Shown one piece after another: positions 1 to 9,037 of a DNA stretch of 64,000 nt. The stretch's first letter is position 1; each line of letters opens with the position of its first letter. Source of the stretch: a virus (Duplodnaviria; Caudoviricetes); IMG/VR virus record IMGVR_UViG_3300037423_001433, positions 18,879-82,878 of that record; one strand, written 5' to 3'. The notes beneath the pieces are model-generated. The model worked only from the letters and a program-made list of their open reading frames with translations. It searched no databases and had not been told where the DNA came from. The position numbers and the translations under genes are program-made.

Positions 1-1
1 G

Positions 2-376
2 TGGGGCATGAGATGTGGGATATGTGGTAAAGAGCATATAGCGACGAATATTGAAATTGATCACATAAAAGGGAATTCAAAATTCACATGTTTGGAAGAT
101 ATGAAATCGTATGCAGAACATTTGTTTATGGTGGATTTTGAATCTTTGAGAGCTGTTTGTAAACCTTGTCACAAAATAAAGACATATGCAGAATCAAAAG
201 GCATTTCATTTGAAGAGGCAAGAATTGAAAAGCTCGTGATCGAGATTTTGAAAGATAAAAAGCAAACTCAAGAGATTATTCAGCAAGCTGGCCTAACTGC
301 AAAAAATAACTCAGAACGTAGGCAAGCGTTGCTGCAAATTTTAAAAGGAAAAGAAATTGTTGTTGATAACAAATAG
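2..376 (+). CDS. HNH endonuclease-like protein (5' truncated by window edge)
   Basis: CxxC...IDHI...VCKPCHKIKT zinc/HNH pattern; frame is open to the window start. Confidence 0.7.
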   Translation, partial: WGMRCGICGKEHIATNIEIDHIKGNSKFTCLEDMKSYAEHLFMVDFESLRAVCKPCHKIKTYAESKGISFEEARIEKLVIEILKDKKQTQEIIQQAGLTAKNNSERRQALLQILKGKEIVVDNK

Positions 377-560
377 TTTTAATGAAGCTGTGGCTAAATA
401 TTTCGGCCTGCCTCTTGAACAAGTAATGCGGAAGATGAAGATAAATACCAACCCTGATGAAGTTCTGTCAGTGGAAGTAACAATCGCCATTACTGCAGAT
501 GATTTGATTAAAATTGGCGAGACAATGAAAATAATAGAGAAGGAGGCTCAATGTGGATGA
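357..560 (+). CDS. hypothetical protein
   Basis: 67-aa ORF overlapping both neighbours in operon. Confidence 0.5.
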   Translation: MLLITNSFNEAVAKYFGLPLEQVMRKMKINTNPDEVLSVEVTIAITADDLIKIGETMKIIEKEAQCG

Positions 561-1431
561 ATACAAAGAATGGCAAAAACAAGCCATAGCCTTGCACGAG
601 TTGAATTTAATGTCTTGGAGAGAAATTGCCAAAACTTTAAAAATCCCTCGTAGCACAGTGTCTGATTTTCTTCGTGCTTATAAACGGTTCAAAGAAGTAG
701 CAGCTAAAGATGGATTTTCAGGCCATGTTGTACCGCAAGTGAATTCATCGGGTAAGAAGCATGATAACTCCCGAATCCTTTGTATTTCGGATATGCATAT
801 TCCATATCAGCATAAAGATACATTGCTATTTTTGCAGATGTTGAAGGACAGGTATGAACCAACACGAGTGATTTGTTTAGGAGATGAGATAGACCACCAT
901 GCTATGAGTTTTCATGATTCTGATCCTGATTTGATGAGTGCAGGAGATGAACTGAAGAAAGCTTTGGAAGTGATTGCAGAATTGCATAAAATGTTTCCTG
1001 AAATGGATTTGATTGACTCTAATCATGGTTCAATGGCATTTCGTCGTGCAAAGCATCACGGAGTTCCAAGGCACTATTTGAAGAGTTACAATGAAGTGTT
1101 GGAAGTAGGCGAAGGATGGGTGTGGCACAATGATTTGGTTATTGAATTGCCTGACGGTCAGCAAGTTTATTTTCATCATGGTAAGAGTCAAGAAGCGATT
1201 AAAACTAGTCAATCTATGTCGATGAGCCATGTATGCGGACATTTTCATGAGAGCTTTGGCGTCAAATATTGGGCAAATCCAAATGGGTTATTCTGGGCAA
1301 TGAATTCTGGTTGTTTAATTGACGACTCTAGTTTGGCATTTGCTTATAATAATGTGAATTTGAAACGTCCGATCATTGGTACGTCATTGATTATTGATGG
1401 GGTTCCTATTCTTGAAGCTATGCCACTTTAA
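553..1431 (+). CDS. calcineurin-like metallophosphoesterase with N-terminal HTH
   Basis: DMHIPY, GDEIDHH, SNHG, HHG, GHFH metal-binding motifs; N-terminal SWREIAKTLKIPRSTVSDFL helix-turn-helix. Confidence 0.85.
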   Translation: MDEYKEWQKQAIALHELNLMSWREIAKTLKIPRSTVSDFLRAYKRFKEVAAKDGFSGHVVPQVNSSGKKHDNSRILCISDMHIPYQHKDTLLFLQMLKDRYEPTRVICLGDEIDHHAMSFHDSDPDLMSAGDELKKALEVIAELHKMFPEMDLIDSNHGSMAFRRAKHHGVPRHYLKSYNEVLEVGEGWVWHNDLVIELPDGQQVYFHHGKSQEAIKTSQSMSMSHVCGHFHESFGVKYWANPNGLFWAMNSGCLIDDSSLAFAYNNVNLKRPIIGTSLIIDGVPILEAMPL

Positions 1432-1585
1432 TTATTTATCAGACCAACTTGATATACTTCGACGTATTGCGGCCAGAAGCATGAAATTAGCTCAGACAAA
1501 TAATGAGTTTATTGATATTTCACAGCATATGTTGGATGAGATAGAGAGAACTAAACTTTATTTAGAAAATATTAAAGATGACTGA
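1394..1585 (+). CDS. hypothetical protein
   Basis: short ORF filling operon gap; start uncertain. Confidence 0.35.
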   Translation: MMGFLFLKLCHFNYLSDQLDILRRIAARSMKLAQTNNEFIDISQHMLDEIERTKLYLENIKDD

Positions 1586-1760
1586 AAAAGAATATAACAA
1601 AGTACTACTTAAACTTGCTCTTGGTGCACCATTAGCGCACGAAGAAGTGCAGGAGTTTATTGCAGTAGTGGAGCATATGGAATCCATGTTGGATGCCGGG
1701 GACGGGGATGATTATTATGGCACGGTCGGCTGGCGCTACCATTTTGGATGGAGTGATTAA
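1578..1760 (+). CDS. hypothetical protein
   Basis: 60-aa ORF, coupled start/stop. Confidence 0.5.
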   Translation: MTEKEYNKVLLKLALGAPLAHEEVQEFIAVVEHMESMLDAGDGDDYYGTVGWRYHFGWSD

Positions 1761-2026
1761 TGCATAAATGCCAAATTCCGATAGGTAATTTGCCAATTAA
1801 TTTAATTCTTTGGGCTGATAGTGAAATTGAATTCATCAGAGCACCCAAGTTTAAAACTATCATTGACCAAAAGCTTGACGGAGTGAGTGCAATTTTCGAT
1901 ACAGAATCATTTAGTATTGGCAACTATCCTGATTTAGTGTATAATGTGAAATACAATTACAAGGAAATGAAAGACATTCTTTTGTGGTTGCAACAGCAAA
2001 ACTTAGATCAGCCGCAATTTATGTAG
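1760..2026 (+). CDS. hypothetical protein
   Basis: 88-aa ORF, coupled to upstream stop. Confidence 0.5.
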   Translation: MHKCQIPIGNLPINLILWADSEIEFIRAPKFKTIIDQKLDGVSAIFDTESFSIGNYPDLVYNVKYNYKEMKDILLWLQQQNLDQPQFM

Positions 2027-2034
2027 GAGACGCA

Positions 2035-2199
2035 GTGGAAGTATTATGTGAAGTATGTGGAGCACCAGCCACAAAGATGTTTTTTGGTGTATGCATAGAT
2101 ATCTGTGATAATCCTGTTTGTAGTGTAATAGTGGAAGAGGGTTTCACAAATCCAGAAAATAAAATAAAACTAGAAGAAAACGAGGAACCTGATGTCTAG
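2035..2199 (+). CDS. small Cys-rich (zinc-finger-like) protein
   Basis: GTG start with AGGAG RBS; CEVC...CIDICDNPVC. Confidence 0.4.
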   Translation: MEVLCEVCGAPATKMFFGVCIDICDNPVCSVIVEEGFTNPENKIKLEENEEPDV

Positions 2200-2740
2200 G
2201 AGTTTATCGTTCAGGGATTTAAAACTTATTCCTGAGCTTAGTAAGTATAATGAGATTCAATTGCTTGATCTTTCAATGGATACGGTAGTAAATAGTTTTT
2301 TGGAACAACTTGGATTTGATATTGAATATCCGCTTGTGTACCTACCATCAAAGCATCGAGATATGTCTAATAAAATAGCAGTAGGATTTAGAGTTGTAGG
2401 AGAAGTTAGTACTAATAGAAATTTTATCAATTCCCCACTTTGTAGCGTAACAGAACGTTTGGTTGCAGCTTCTTACCAAGATGTTTCATTGACAAAAGAA
2501 CTTGCAAACCTGATGGGTAACAATCTGAATTATGAAAGTGTGTTTGGAAAAGATTCTGAGGAAGATACAGAATTTCCTCCAGAATTAGTTGAACCTGACG
2601 CTGCTTATGTAGCAGAACAAATCAAAACACTAGAAAGAGTTCGTGATGAAATTCGTGGCCCGATGTTCAATTCACGCGGGGGTCTGAAAACCCCAAAAGA
2701 GTATGCAGATTATTACAAGAAAATTAAAGCAAATAATTAA
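2192..2740 (+). CDS. hypothetical protein
   Basis: 182-aa ORF in operon upstream of RNR. Confidence 0.65.
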   Translation: MSRSLSFRDLKLIPELSKYNEIQLLDLSMDTVVNSFLEQLGFDIEYPLVYLPSKHRDMSNKIAVGFRVVGEVSTNRNFINSPLCSVTERLVAASYQDVSLTKELANLMGNNLNYESVFGKDSEEDTEFPPELVEPDAAYVAEQIKTLERVRDEIRGPMFNSRGGLKTPKEYADYYKKIKANN

Positions 2741-2748
2741 AGGAAGCA

Positions 2749-4602
2749 ATGGATATTTCGCAGCAAATTTTAAGTGACGTAGTAGTTTTTAATAAGTATG
2801 CAAAATACATTGAAGAGATTGGTAGGCGTGAAACTTGGGAAGAAATTTGTGAACGTAATATGGCAATGCATATTAAATTTCATCCTAAGCTTCGTAAAGA
2901 GATTCAAAAAGTTTATAAAGAATTTGTTATTCCCAAAAAGGTGCTCCCATCTATGCGCTCGATGCAATTTGGTGGACGCCCAATTGAAATTAATCATGCA
3001 AGGATTTACAATTGCTGCTGCATGCCGATAGATTCTGTACAATCTTTTGCAGAAACAATGTTTCTTTTGCTTGGCGGTAGTGGTGTAGGATACAGTGTTC
3101 AAAAGCATCATGTAGATGCTCTTCCAACAGTGCAAGGCCCAAAGCGAACAAAGCGACGTTTCTTGATTGGAGATTCAATTGAAGGATGGGCTGATACAAT
3201 TAAGGTATTGATGAAGGCTTATTTTGAAGGGCGCTCTGATCCTGAGTTTGATTATCGTGATATACGACCTAAAGGCGCTAGGTTGATTACAGCGGGAGGT
3301 AAAGCACCCGGCCCTGATCCGCTTCGGATTTGTGTAGAGAATATTCGTGGTGTATTGAATCAAGCTATTGGACGTAAGCTTACTCCATTGGAAGCGCATG
3401 ATATTCAGTGTCATATTGCAGATGCAGTGTTGTCTGGTGGAATTCGTCGTGCAGCAATGATTGCGTTTTTCAGTCCCGATGATCTGGACATGATTTCATG
3501 TAAATCTGGAAATTGGTGGGAACTTAACCCGCAACGTGGACGTGCAAATAACTCTGTTGTACTCGTTCGTGGAGAAATTACCGAAGAGCAGTTTAAAGAT
3601 ATTTGGAAGCGCGTAGAATTGTCTGGGGCAGGAGAGCCGGGGGTTTATTGGACAAATGACCGTAACATTTTGAGTAATCCTTGTGTAGAAGCAACATTGA
3701 GGATGTATTCATTTTGTAATTTGACAACCACAAACGGTAGTGATATTGAAACACAAGAAGAACTGAATGCTCGTGTTAAAGCAGCAACATTCATTGGAAC
3801 TCTTCAAGCATCTTATACAGACTTCCATTACTTGCGCGATGTATGGCGTGAAGTAACAGAAGAAGATGCATTGATTGGTGTGAGCATTACAGGTGTCGGT
3901 AGTGGAAAGATTCTAAATTTAAATCTTGAAGAAGCAGCAAAAATCGTAGTAGCAGAAAATGCGCGAGTAGCTTATTTGTTGGGAATTAATCGTGCAGCTC
4001 GTACAAGCTTGCTTAAACCAGAAGGGACGGCTTCAATTGTTGTGGGTTCATCTTCCGGAGTGCATGCATGGCATAATGACTTTTATATTCGTCGTATGCG
4101 TGTAGGTAAAGCTGAAGCATTGTATGGGTATTTGAAAGAAAACTTTCCAGATTTGATTGAGGATTGCAAATTTAAACCTCATTTAGAAGCTGTGATGAGT
4201 TTTCCTCAAAAAGCTCCTGAAGGCAGTATCTTGCGCACAGAAAGCTTTATAGATTTACTTGAGCGTGTGAAGCGTTTCAATCAAGAATGGATTGCTCCGG
4301 GACATAACCGTGGAGTGCAAAAGCATAATGTAAGCTGTACAATCTCTTTGAAACCCGATGAGTGGGAAGCTTGTGGGAATTGGATGTGGGAAAATCGTGA
4401 TCAATATAATGGTATTAGTGTATTGCCCTACGATGGTGGTACATATGTTCAAGCACCATTTGAGGACTGTACTGAAGAACAATACAATGAAATGATGAAA
4501 CTGCTGCATGGTATTGATCTAACACAGCTTCGGGAGGAAGAGGATAAGACAGCACATACTCTCGAAGCTGCTTGCAGTGGTGGAGCGTGTGAAGTTAAGT
4601 GA
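2749..4602 (+). CDS. nrdJ: class II (adenosylcobalamin-dependent) ribonucleotide reductase
   Basis: VLPSMRSMQFGG, IYNC, GGIRRAAMI, NPCVE (thiyl-radical Cys), KPEGTAS and C-terminal ACSGGACEV redox tail. Confidence 0.9.
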   Translation: MDISQQILSDVVVFNKYAKYIEEIGRRETWEEICERNMAMHIKFHPKLRKEIQKVYKEFVIPKKVLPSMRSMQFGGRPIEINHARIYNCCCMPIDSVQSFAETMFLLLGGSGVGYSVQKHHVDALPTVQGPKRTKRRFLIGDSIEGWADTIKVLMKAYFEGRSDPEFDYRDIRPKGARLITAGGKAPGPDPLRICVENIRGVLNQAIGRKLTPLEAHDIQCHIADAVLSGGIRRAAMIAFFSPDDLDMISCKSGNWWELNPQRGRANNSVVLVRGEITEEQFKDIWKRVELSGAGEPGVYWTNDRNILSNPCVEATLRMYSFCNLTTTNGSDIETQEELNARVKAATFIGTLQASYTDFHYLRDVWREVTEEDALIGVSITGVGSGKILNLNLEEAAKIVVAENARVAYLLGINRAARTSLLKPEGTASIVVGSSSGVHAWHNDFYIRRMRVGKAEALYGYLKENFPDLIEDCKFKPHLEAVMSFPQKAPEGSILRTESFIDLLERVKRFNQEWIAPGHNRGVQKHNVSCTISLKPDEWEACGNWMWENRDQYNGISVLPYDGGTYVQAPFEDCTEEQYNEMMKLLHGIDLTQLREEEDKTAHTLEAACSGGACEVK

Positions 4603-4898
4603 TTGAGTGGCCTGATTTAAAATTACCACCAATTAATTTATGGAATATTTCAAAAAGAAATAAAATGCTTAAAATATATGAAGAAAAGAAAAAAGAGAAA
4701 ATTGTAAATCTCAAATTACAGTATGTGTATGGAAACCATATTCGGCTTGTCGCTGTTGATGGAGATGGTAAAGAACTTATTAATGGCGCACTATTGACAA
4801 TTTCCTCAACTGGTGCAGTTTTACTGCATGGAGGCGTGGACAAAACTCTTGGCTTCCAATTAGATGTCGAGGGTAGGTTACTAATAGGAAAGGATTAA
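4599..4898 (+). CDS. hypothetical protein
   Basis: ORF coupled to RNR stop; start uncertain. Confidence 0.5.
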   Translation: MIEWPDLKLPPINLWNISKRNKMLKIYEEKKKEKIVNLKLQYVYGNHIRLVAVDGDGKELINGALLTISSTGAVLLHGGVDKTLGFQLDVEGRLLIGKD

Positions 4899-4899
4899 A

Positions 4900-5106
4900 A
4901 TGAAACAGCCATTCGGAAAACAATGGGCAAAAATTTTGTGGGAAGCAGGTGCTCGCAAAAACTGGAAAGGCTTCCGCATTCCATCGTTTAAATTGACAGA
5001 ACGAAATGCGATCCGCCACCCAGACGCAAGACGAAATGATAAATCTGCGGATATACCTAAACATTTCCGTAGTTATCAAAAACGATATCAATCAGTAGAT
5101 TTGTAA
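4900..5106 (+). CDS. hypothetical basic protein
   Basis: 68-aa ORF with AAGGA RBS. Confidence 0.45.
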   Translation: MKQPFGKQWAKILWEAGARKNWKGFRIPSFKLTERNAIRHPDARRNDKSADIPKHFRSYQKRYQSVDL

Positions 5107-5124
5107 AAGGATTTTAAACAAAAG

Positions 5125-6438
5125 ATGAAAAATTATATTGGATTTTTAACAGATCATTCAGGTTCTATGCATGACATTCGGAATGCTGCTCTGAAAGATT
5201 ATAATGATAGTATTAAAGCAGTAAGAGAAGCTGCTACAGCCAACATGCTAGACACAATTGTTTCAGTGTTTGGATTTGGTGGTAAAAGCCAAGTAACAAA
5301 GCATGTGGTAAATTCTAATCCGCATGTTCTTACACCAATGGTGGATTGGAGTGCACAAGGCAACACTCCACTTTATGATGCAATTGGTGATATGATCACA
5401 TTGTTAAAATCAATGCCAGACTATGATAACCCAAAAGTGTCATTTTTGATCATGCTTACATCTGATGGTGAGGAATACCAATCTATTCGATACACCAAAG
5501 AGAAGATTGCAGAGATGATTGGAGAACTTCGCCATGATGAACGTTGGACAATTGTATGTCGTATTCCTTCTGGATGCCGCCGCGCATTTGATGAATTGAA
5601 TATTCCGGCAGACAATATTCAAGAGTGGGATGTATCAGAGAAAGGTATTGGGATTTCTACTCAATCTACCACTGTAGCAATGAATAATTTCTATGCTCAA
5701 CGTGCTAAAGGACTGCGCGGGTCTTCTACGTTCTATGCAAATGCAGCTCATGTCACTCAAAACCAAGTGAAAGCTTCTTTACAGAATATTTCTGCTGAGG
5801 TAAGTTTGTGGACTGTGCTGCCTGAAGAAGATGGAATCGAAATTAAACCATTCGCTGAAAAACGTCTTGGCACAATGCCTTTCTTGAAAGGTGCAGCGTT
5901 TTACCAGTTGAGCAAGACTGAAGCTCGTGTCCAAGAAACAAAGATGATCATTATTCGTGATAAGAGTACAGGACATGTTTATTTCGGAGAAGCAGCACGA
6001 GATATGATTGGTCTGCCACGTACAGGAAATGCACGAGTCCATCCGGGCAATCATGGTAACTATGACATTTTCATTCAGTCCACTTCTATTAATCGTAAAT
6101 TGGTAGCTGGAACTCAATTGATGTACTGGCCTAAAGTTGGTGTTGGATTCACAGCAGCAGACTTTCCTTGGTTGACTAACGGACAGTCAAAGATTGATCC
6201 AACATTAGTACAGAAATCAACTGCTGCAATTCAAGCTACAGCGGGTATGCAACCAGCTTTTGCACAGCCTTATGGAGCTAATCCTGTAGTGAAAACAAAC
6301 ATTACACAAACAAATGATCGAACTTATTATCCATCTCGTGACGAATGCCGTCTTGCAGCTCGTAAGCTTGGCACTTCTCCTCGTGATGCTGGTAAGTCTT
6401 CTCCTACGGGACAACGTTGGTTTATTCCGAAAGTTTGA
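5125..6438 (+). CDS. von Willebrand factor A domain protein with C-terminal extension
   Basis: MIDAS elements DHSGS, GNTPLYDAI, TSDGEE. Confidence 0.8.
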   Translation: MKNYIGFLTDHSGSMHDIRNAALKDYNDSIKAVREAATANMLDTIVSVFGFGGKSQVTKHVVNSNPHVLTPMVDWSAQGNTPLYDAIGDMITLLKSMPDYDNPKVSFLIMLTSDGEEYQSIRYTKEKIAEMIGELRHDERWTIVCRIPSGCRRAFDELNIPADNIQEWDVSEKGIGISTQSTTVAMNNFYAQRAKGLRGSSTFYANAAHVTQNQVKASLQNISAEVSLWTVLPEEDGIEIKPFAEKRLGTMPFLKGAAFYQLSKTEARVQETKMIIIRDKSTGHVYFGEAARDMIGLPRTGNARVHPGNHGNYDIFIQSTSINRKLVAGTQLMYWPKVGVGFTAADFPWLTNGQSKIDPTLVQKSTAAIQATAGMQPAFAQPYGANPVVKTNITQTNDRTYYPSRDECRLAARKLGTSPRDAGKSSPTGQRWFIPKV

Positions 6439-6440
6439 TT

Positions 6441-6659
6441 ATGAGAGTTAGCGTAGAAGAAACTTTTAAACCATTAACAATAAAACTGGAAAGTCAAGCA
6501 GAAGTCGATTGGCTTTCTGCAATTATTGGTGCATGTCCTGCACAATTTGATGTAGAGATGGGTGTAGGTGAAAGTGTAATTACTTTATATAATTTTCTTA
6601 AAAGATATAAGACTAACACAATTACAGCATACAAAATTAAAACAACATTTAGTGATTAA
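6441..6659 (+). CDS. hypothetical protein
   Basis: ATG just after vWA stop. Confidence 0.5.
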   Translation: MRVSVEETFKPLTIKLESQAEVDWLSAIIGACPAQFDVEMGVGESVITLYNFLKRYKTNTITAYKIKTTFSD

Positions 6660-6661
6660 AT

Positions 6662-6934
6662 ATGACAAAAGTAACGACAATTGATACAAAAGATGGAACC
6701 GTCACAATTAACCTAGACGATTTTATTGGATTTAATCAAGAGGCTATGGAAGCTCTTGGACAAGAAGAAGCAGCAAAACAACAATTCAAAGATATCGTAG
6801 CTGAAGCTGCAGGAAAAACTGGAATGAAGAAAGGGAAAATTTCTAAATATTTTCGTGCTCGTTTCGCTGCAAAAACCAAAGAAGCGACTGAACTTGGTGA
6901 GTTGTTTGAAAAGCTTGATGAAGCCATTTCATAA
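6662..6934 (+). CDS. putative dsDNA-binding protein, T4 DsbA/GapR-like
   Basis: 90 aa, helical FKDIVAEAAGKTGMKKGKISKYF pattern resembles T4 DsbA; by-eye only. Confidence 0.45.
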   Translation: MTKVTTIDTKDGTVTINLDDFIGFNQEAMEALGQEEAAKQQFKDIVAEAAGKTGMKKGKISKYFRARFAAKTKEATELGELFEKLDEAIS

Positions 6935-6944
6935 GTTGTAAAAT

Positions 6945-6980
6945 AAAAAGCCCACGCCCTTTACAGGATAGTGGGCGAAA
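6945..6980. terminator. hairpin at convergent gene boundary
   Basis: GCCCAC...GTGGGC stem preceded by AAAA (U-tract for minus strand). Confidence 0.45.
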
Positions 6981-7006
6981 TGCTCTACCAAGAGCACTAC
7001 AAAGAA

Positions 7007-7495
7007 TTATTTTTGGTCTTGATCTTTCGGCCAAGCTTCCATCAATGTTTTTGCATCGTTTGCATGTCTGTCAGCTGTTTCTGCCATTGCAGAATATTTT
7101 CCTTGGCAGTCTGCAAGTATGGTTGTGAGGGTTGTGGTTGACTGACGGAGGGCATCAATGGAAGCTGTGGACACGCCGTTGCGGATATTTGCGAGGGTGT
7201 CACGCAAGCTGTTAGCAACAATGGTGTTAGCATCAGACAGAGTTTTGATAAGTTCTTCACGATTTTGCGCATGTTGGTTTGCCTCCTGTAACTGTTCTTG
7301 ATAGAATGCTTCTTTAGCTCGTGCAGCTATTTGAGCATTCAGCTCTTTGGTAGTGTATTCTGCTACTGCTTTTTGATACCCGATATCTTGCTCATGCTGG
7401 AGGAAAAGGTGAATACCAATCCCTATTCCCAAAATGAGCGCCCCTATCAGTACCACTTCTATGAGTAGTTTATAGGGCGACAAAAAATTCAACAT
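7007..7495 (-). CDS. i-spanin (Rz-like)
   Basis: N-terminal TM segment then coiled coil; downstream of endolysin; contains nested lipoprotein ORF. Confidence 0.8.
   Translation of the reverse strand: MLNFLSPYKLLIEVVLIGALILGIGIGIHLFLQHEQDIGYQKAVAEYTTKELNAQIAARAKEAFYQEQLQEANQHAQNREELIKTLSDANTIVANSLRDTLANIRNGVSTASIDALRQSTTTLTTILADCQGKYSAMAETADRHANDAKTLMEAWPKDQDQK
7042..7272 (-). CDS. o-spanin (Rz1-like lipoprotein) nested in Rz
   Basis: lipobox LLLTAC, Pro-rich mature part, alternative frame fully inside i-spanin. Confidence 0.75.
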   Translation of the reverse strand: MRKIVKNLSKLCLMLTPLLLTACVTPSQISATACPQLPLMPSVSQPQPSQPYLQTAKENILQWQKQLTDMQTMQKH

Positions 7496-7507
7496 AAAAA
7501 CTCCCAA

Positions 7508-7714
7508 TTATTTAGTAAAGTGGGATGCCAATGAACTCCACAATGTTTTAACTTCTTCGTAATCTTTTTCCAAGATTGCAACAAAACTGGTTTCCAAGCC
7601 ACTCAGACGAGTTTCCAATTCTGTGACTTTAGCTTTAGCAGCTGCTTCAACCGCCGCAGCATCTTCTTTTGCTTTTGCAATTTCTGCAACAAGTGATTCA
7701 CGCAATGTCGTCAT
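7508..7714 (-). CDS. hypothetical coiled-coil protein in lysis cassette
   Basis: 68 aa, Ala/Glu/Lys-rich, AAAGGAA RBS. Confidence 0.55.
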   Translation of the reverse strand: MTTLRESLVAEIAKAKEDAAAVEAAAKAKVTELETRLSGLETSFVAILEKDYEEVKTLWSSLASHFTK

Positions 7715-7725
7715 AATACTTTCCT

Positions 7726-8259
7726 TTAAGCACCCAATACTTCTAGTGCACGTTTATAAAATGCTTGCCTACTTGCAAGCCCATTAATTCCACCATTAAT
7801 CTTTCGAGTAATTGTGGTGAAACTTTCTTCTGTTCCTATTTCTGCAATTTCAGACAAATGATGTGTTTTCCAGAACCATCCTGCACTTCTAGCAGCATTC
7901 TCCGGTAATTCAATCAATTCTGGATGATTTAAACAGTCTACATTCAACGCAAGCATTAAAGCTGCATAGTTTACTCTTCCAGTAATTTGAATCAAGCCAC
8001 GGCCCTTATAACGAACGCCATCACCCTTTTCAGTATTACCCAAATCTTTGCGCCCTTCATATGCCTCTCCAGACGCTAATTCTTTCACAAACAAAAGTTG
8101 CTCGCTTTCATGAGCTATTTGAGCCAAAAATGCTGCTTGTTGCAGAGGCGTAATAATTTCAAATTCAGCCATTGCTTTATTCAAAGGACTTAGAAATATC
8201 TCAGCCCTTTTATGTGCCTCTGGCATTATTTCTTGCAATTGAGAAAGTGTTATATCCAT
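7726..8259 (-). CDS. endolysin, glycoside hydrolase family 19
   Basis: AAFLAQIAHES, YKGRGLIQITGRVNY, ITRKINGG motifs. Confidence 0.92.
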   Translation of the reverse strand: MDITLSQLQEIMPEAHKRAEIFLSPLNKAMAEFEIITPLQQAAFLAQIAHESEQLLFVKELASGEAYEGRKDLGNTEKGDGVRYKGRGLIQITGRVNYAALMLALNVDCLNHPELIELPENAARSAGWFWKTHHLSEIAEIGTEESFTTITRKINGGINGLASRQAFYKRALEVLGA

Positions 8260-8364
8260 TCAAGTCATTCCCGGAATCGGAGTAGATAAAAGAATATAAA
8301 GTTGACAATAGATAATTTTTAAAATATCTATTTTTTCTTTTTTATGTTTTGCCCCGAATATCAT
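8260..8364 (-). CDS. possible 34-aa micro-ORF between holin and endolysin
   Basis: MIFGAKHKKEKIDILKIIYCQLYILLSTPIPGMT; its TGA directly precedes endolysin ATG. Confidence 0.3.
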   Translation of the reverse strand: MIFGAKHKKEKIDILKIIYCQLYILLSTPIPGMT

Positions 8365-8366
8365 AA

Positions 8367-8543
8367 TTATTTTTTAAAATATTTGTTAATTAATTTTTGT
8401 ACTGTCGCAGATTCGTATATTCTCAGACCTGTCCAAATGATTGAGAACAACGCAGCGATATGAGGTAATGTCCACCATCCCACGATTGATCCAATCACTG
8501 AAGTTATTGATATTGTGTCGAGAAAATGCTTCACATGTTCCAT
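8367..8543 (-). CDS. putative holin (58 aa, absent from ORF track)
   Basis: MEHVKHFLDTISITSVIGSIVGWWTLPHIAALFSIIWTGLRIYESATVQKLINKYFKK: hydrophobic core, basic C-tail, upstream of endolysin. Confidence 0.6.
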   Translation of the reverse strand: MEHVKHFLDTISITSVIGSIVGWWTLPHIAALFSIIWTGLRIYESATVQKLINKYFKK

Positions 8544-8584
8544 GTTAGTTCCGATTTTTCTTAATTGTTTTTAAAGAATTTTAT

Positions 8585-9037
8585 TTATGGCTTTATGCCT
8601 AGAAGCACTGTCTCAGTTATATGTCCAGTGTCTGCAAATACATCTTTTCCTGCTTCTGCTAAAGTTGCTGCAACCAGCTCATAGCAGTACCATTTTGACG
8701 GATCACGCCAATTCCGGTTTAAATCTACTCCAAGTCCTAACGCTGCAAGCCAATCATATTTAGCACCAATTTGAGTCCAAGCCCACGTTATACCATTGTG
8801 TGCATCAGGGACGCTATAATCGACAGTTGCAACGATTGTCTTACCAGCTAGAGCTACTTCACGAGGCACACGTCTAACGCCATGCAACATCGATGCCTCA
8901 ATAATGTAGTCTCCATCAACAATCATTCCATGAGAAGACTTAGACCAATTGATTCTATTTCTTGGAAGCGCCCATCTGATAAGATAGGAAATAGGATTCC
9001 ATTTTTGTTTAGTAAAAAGAACGCGAATTGTATCCAT
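8585..9037 (-). CDS. permuted papain-like (NlpC/P60, YiiX-type) hydrolase
   Basis: SHGMIV...IIEAS (His) precedes GAKYD...WYCYELV (Cys). Confidence 0.7.
   Translation of the reverse strand: MDTIRVLFTKQKWNPISYLIRWALPRNRINWSKSSHGMIVDGDYIIEASMLHGVRRVPREVALAGKTIVATVDYSVPDAHNGITWAWTQIGAKYDWLAALGLGVDLNRNWRDPSKWYCYELVAATLAEAGKDVFADTGHITETVLLGIKP

Noticed and set aside
2770-4509. Several overlapping ORFs inside the RNR gene
   Set aside because: Overlap a well-supported gene; no recognisable motifs
5125-6438. Ro60-type partner for the tRNA-like RNA
   Set aside because: vWA domain is N-terminal and no TROVE domain is recognisable
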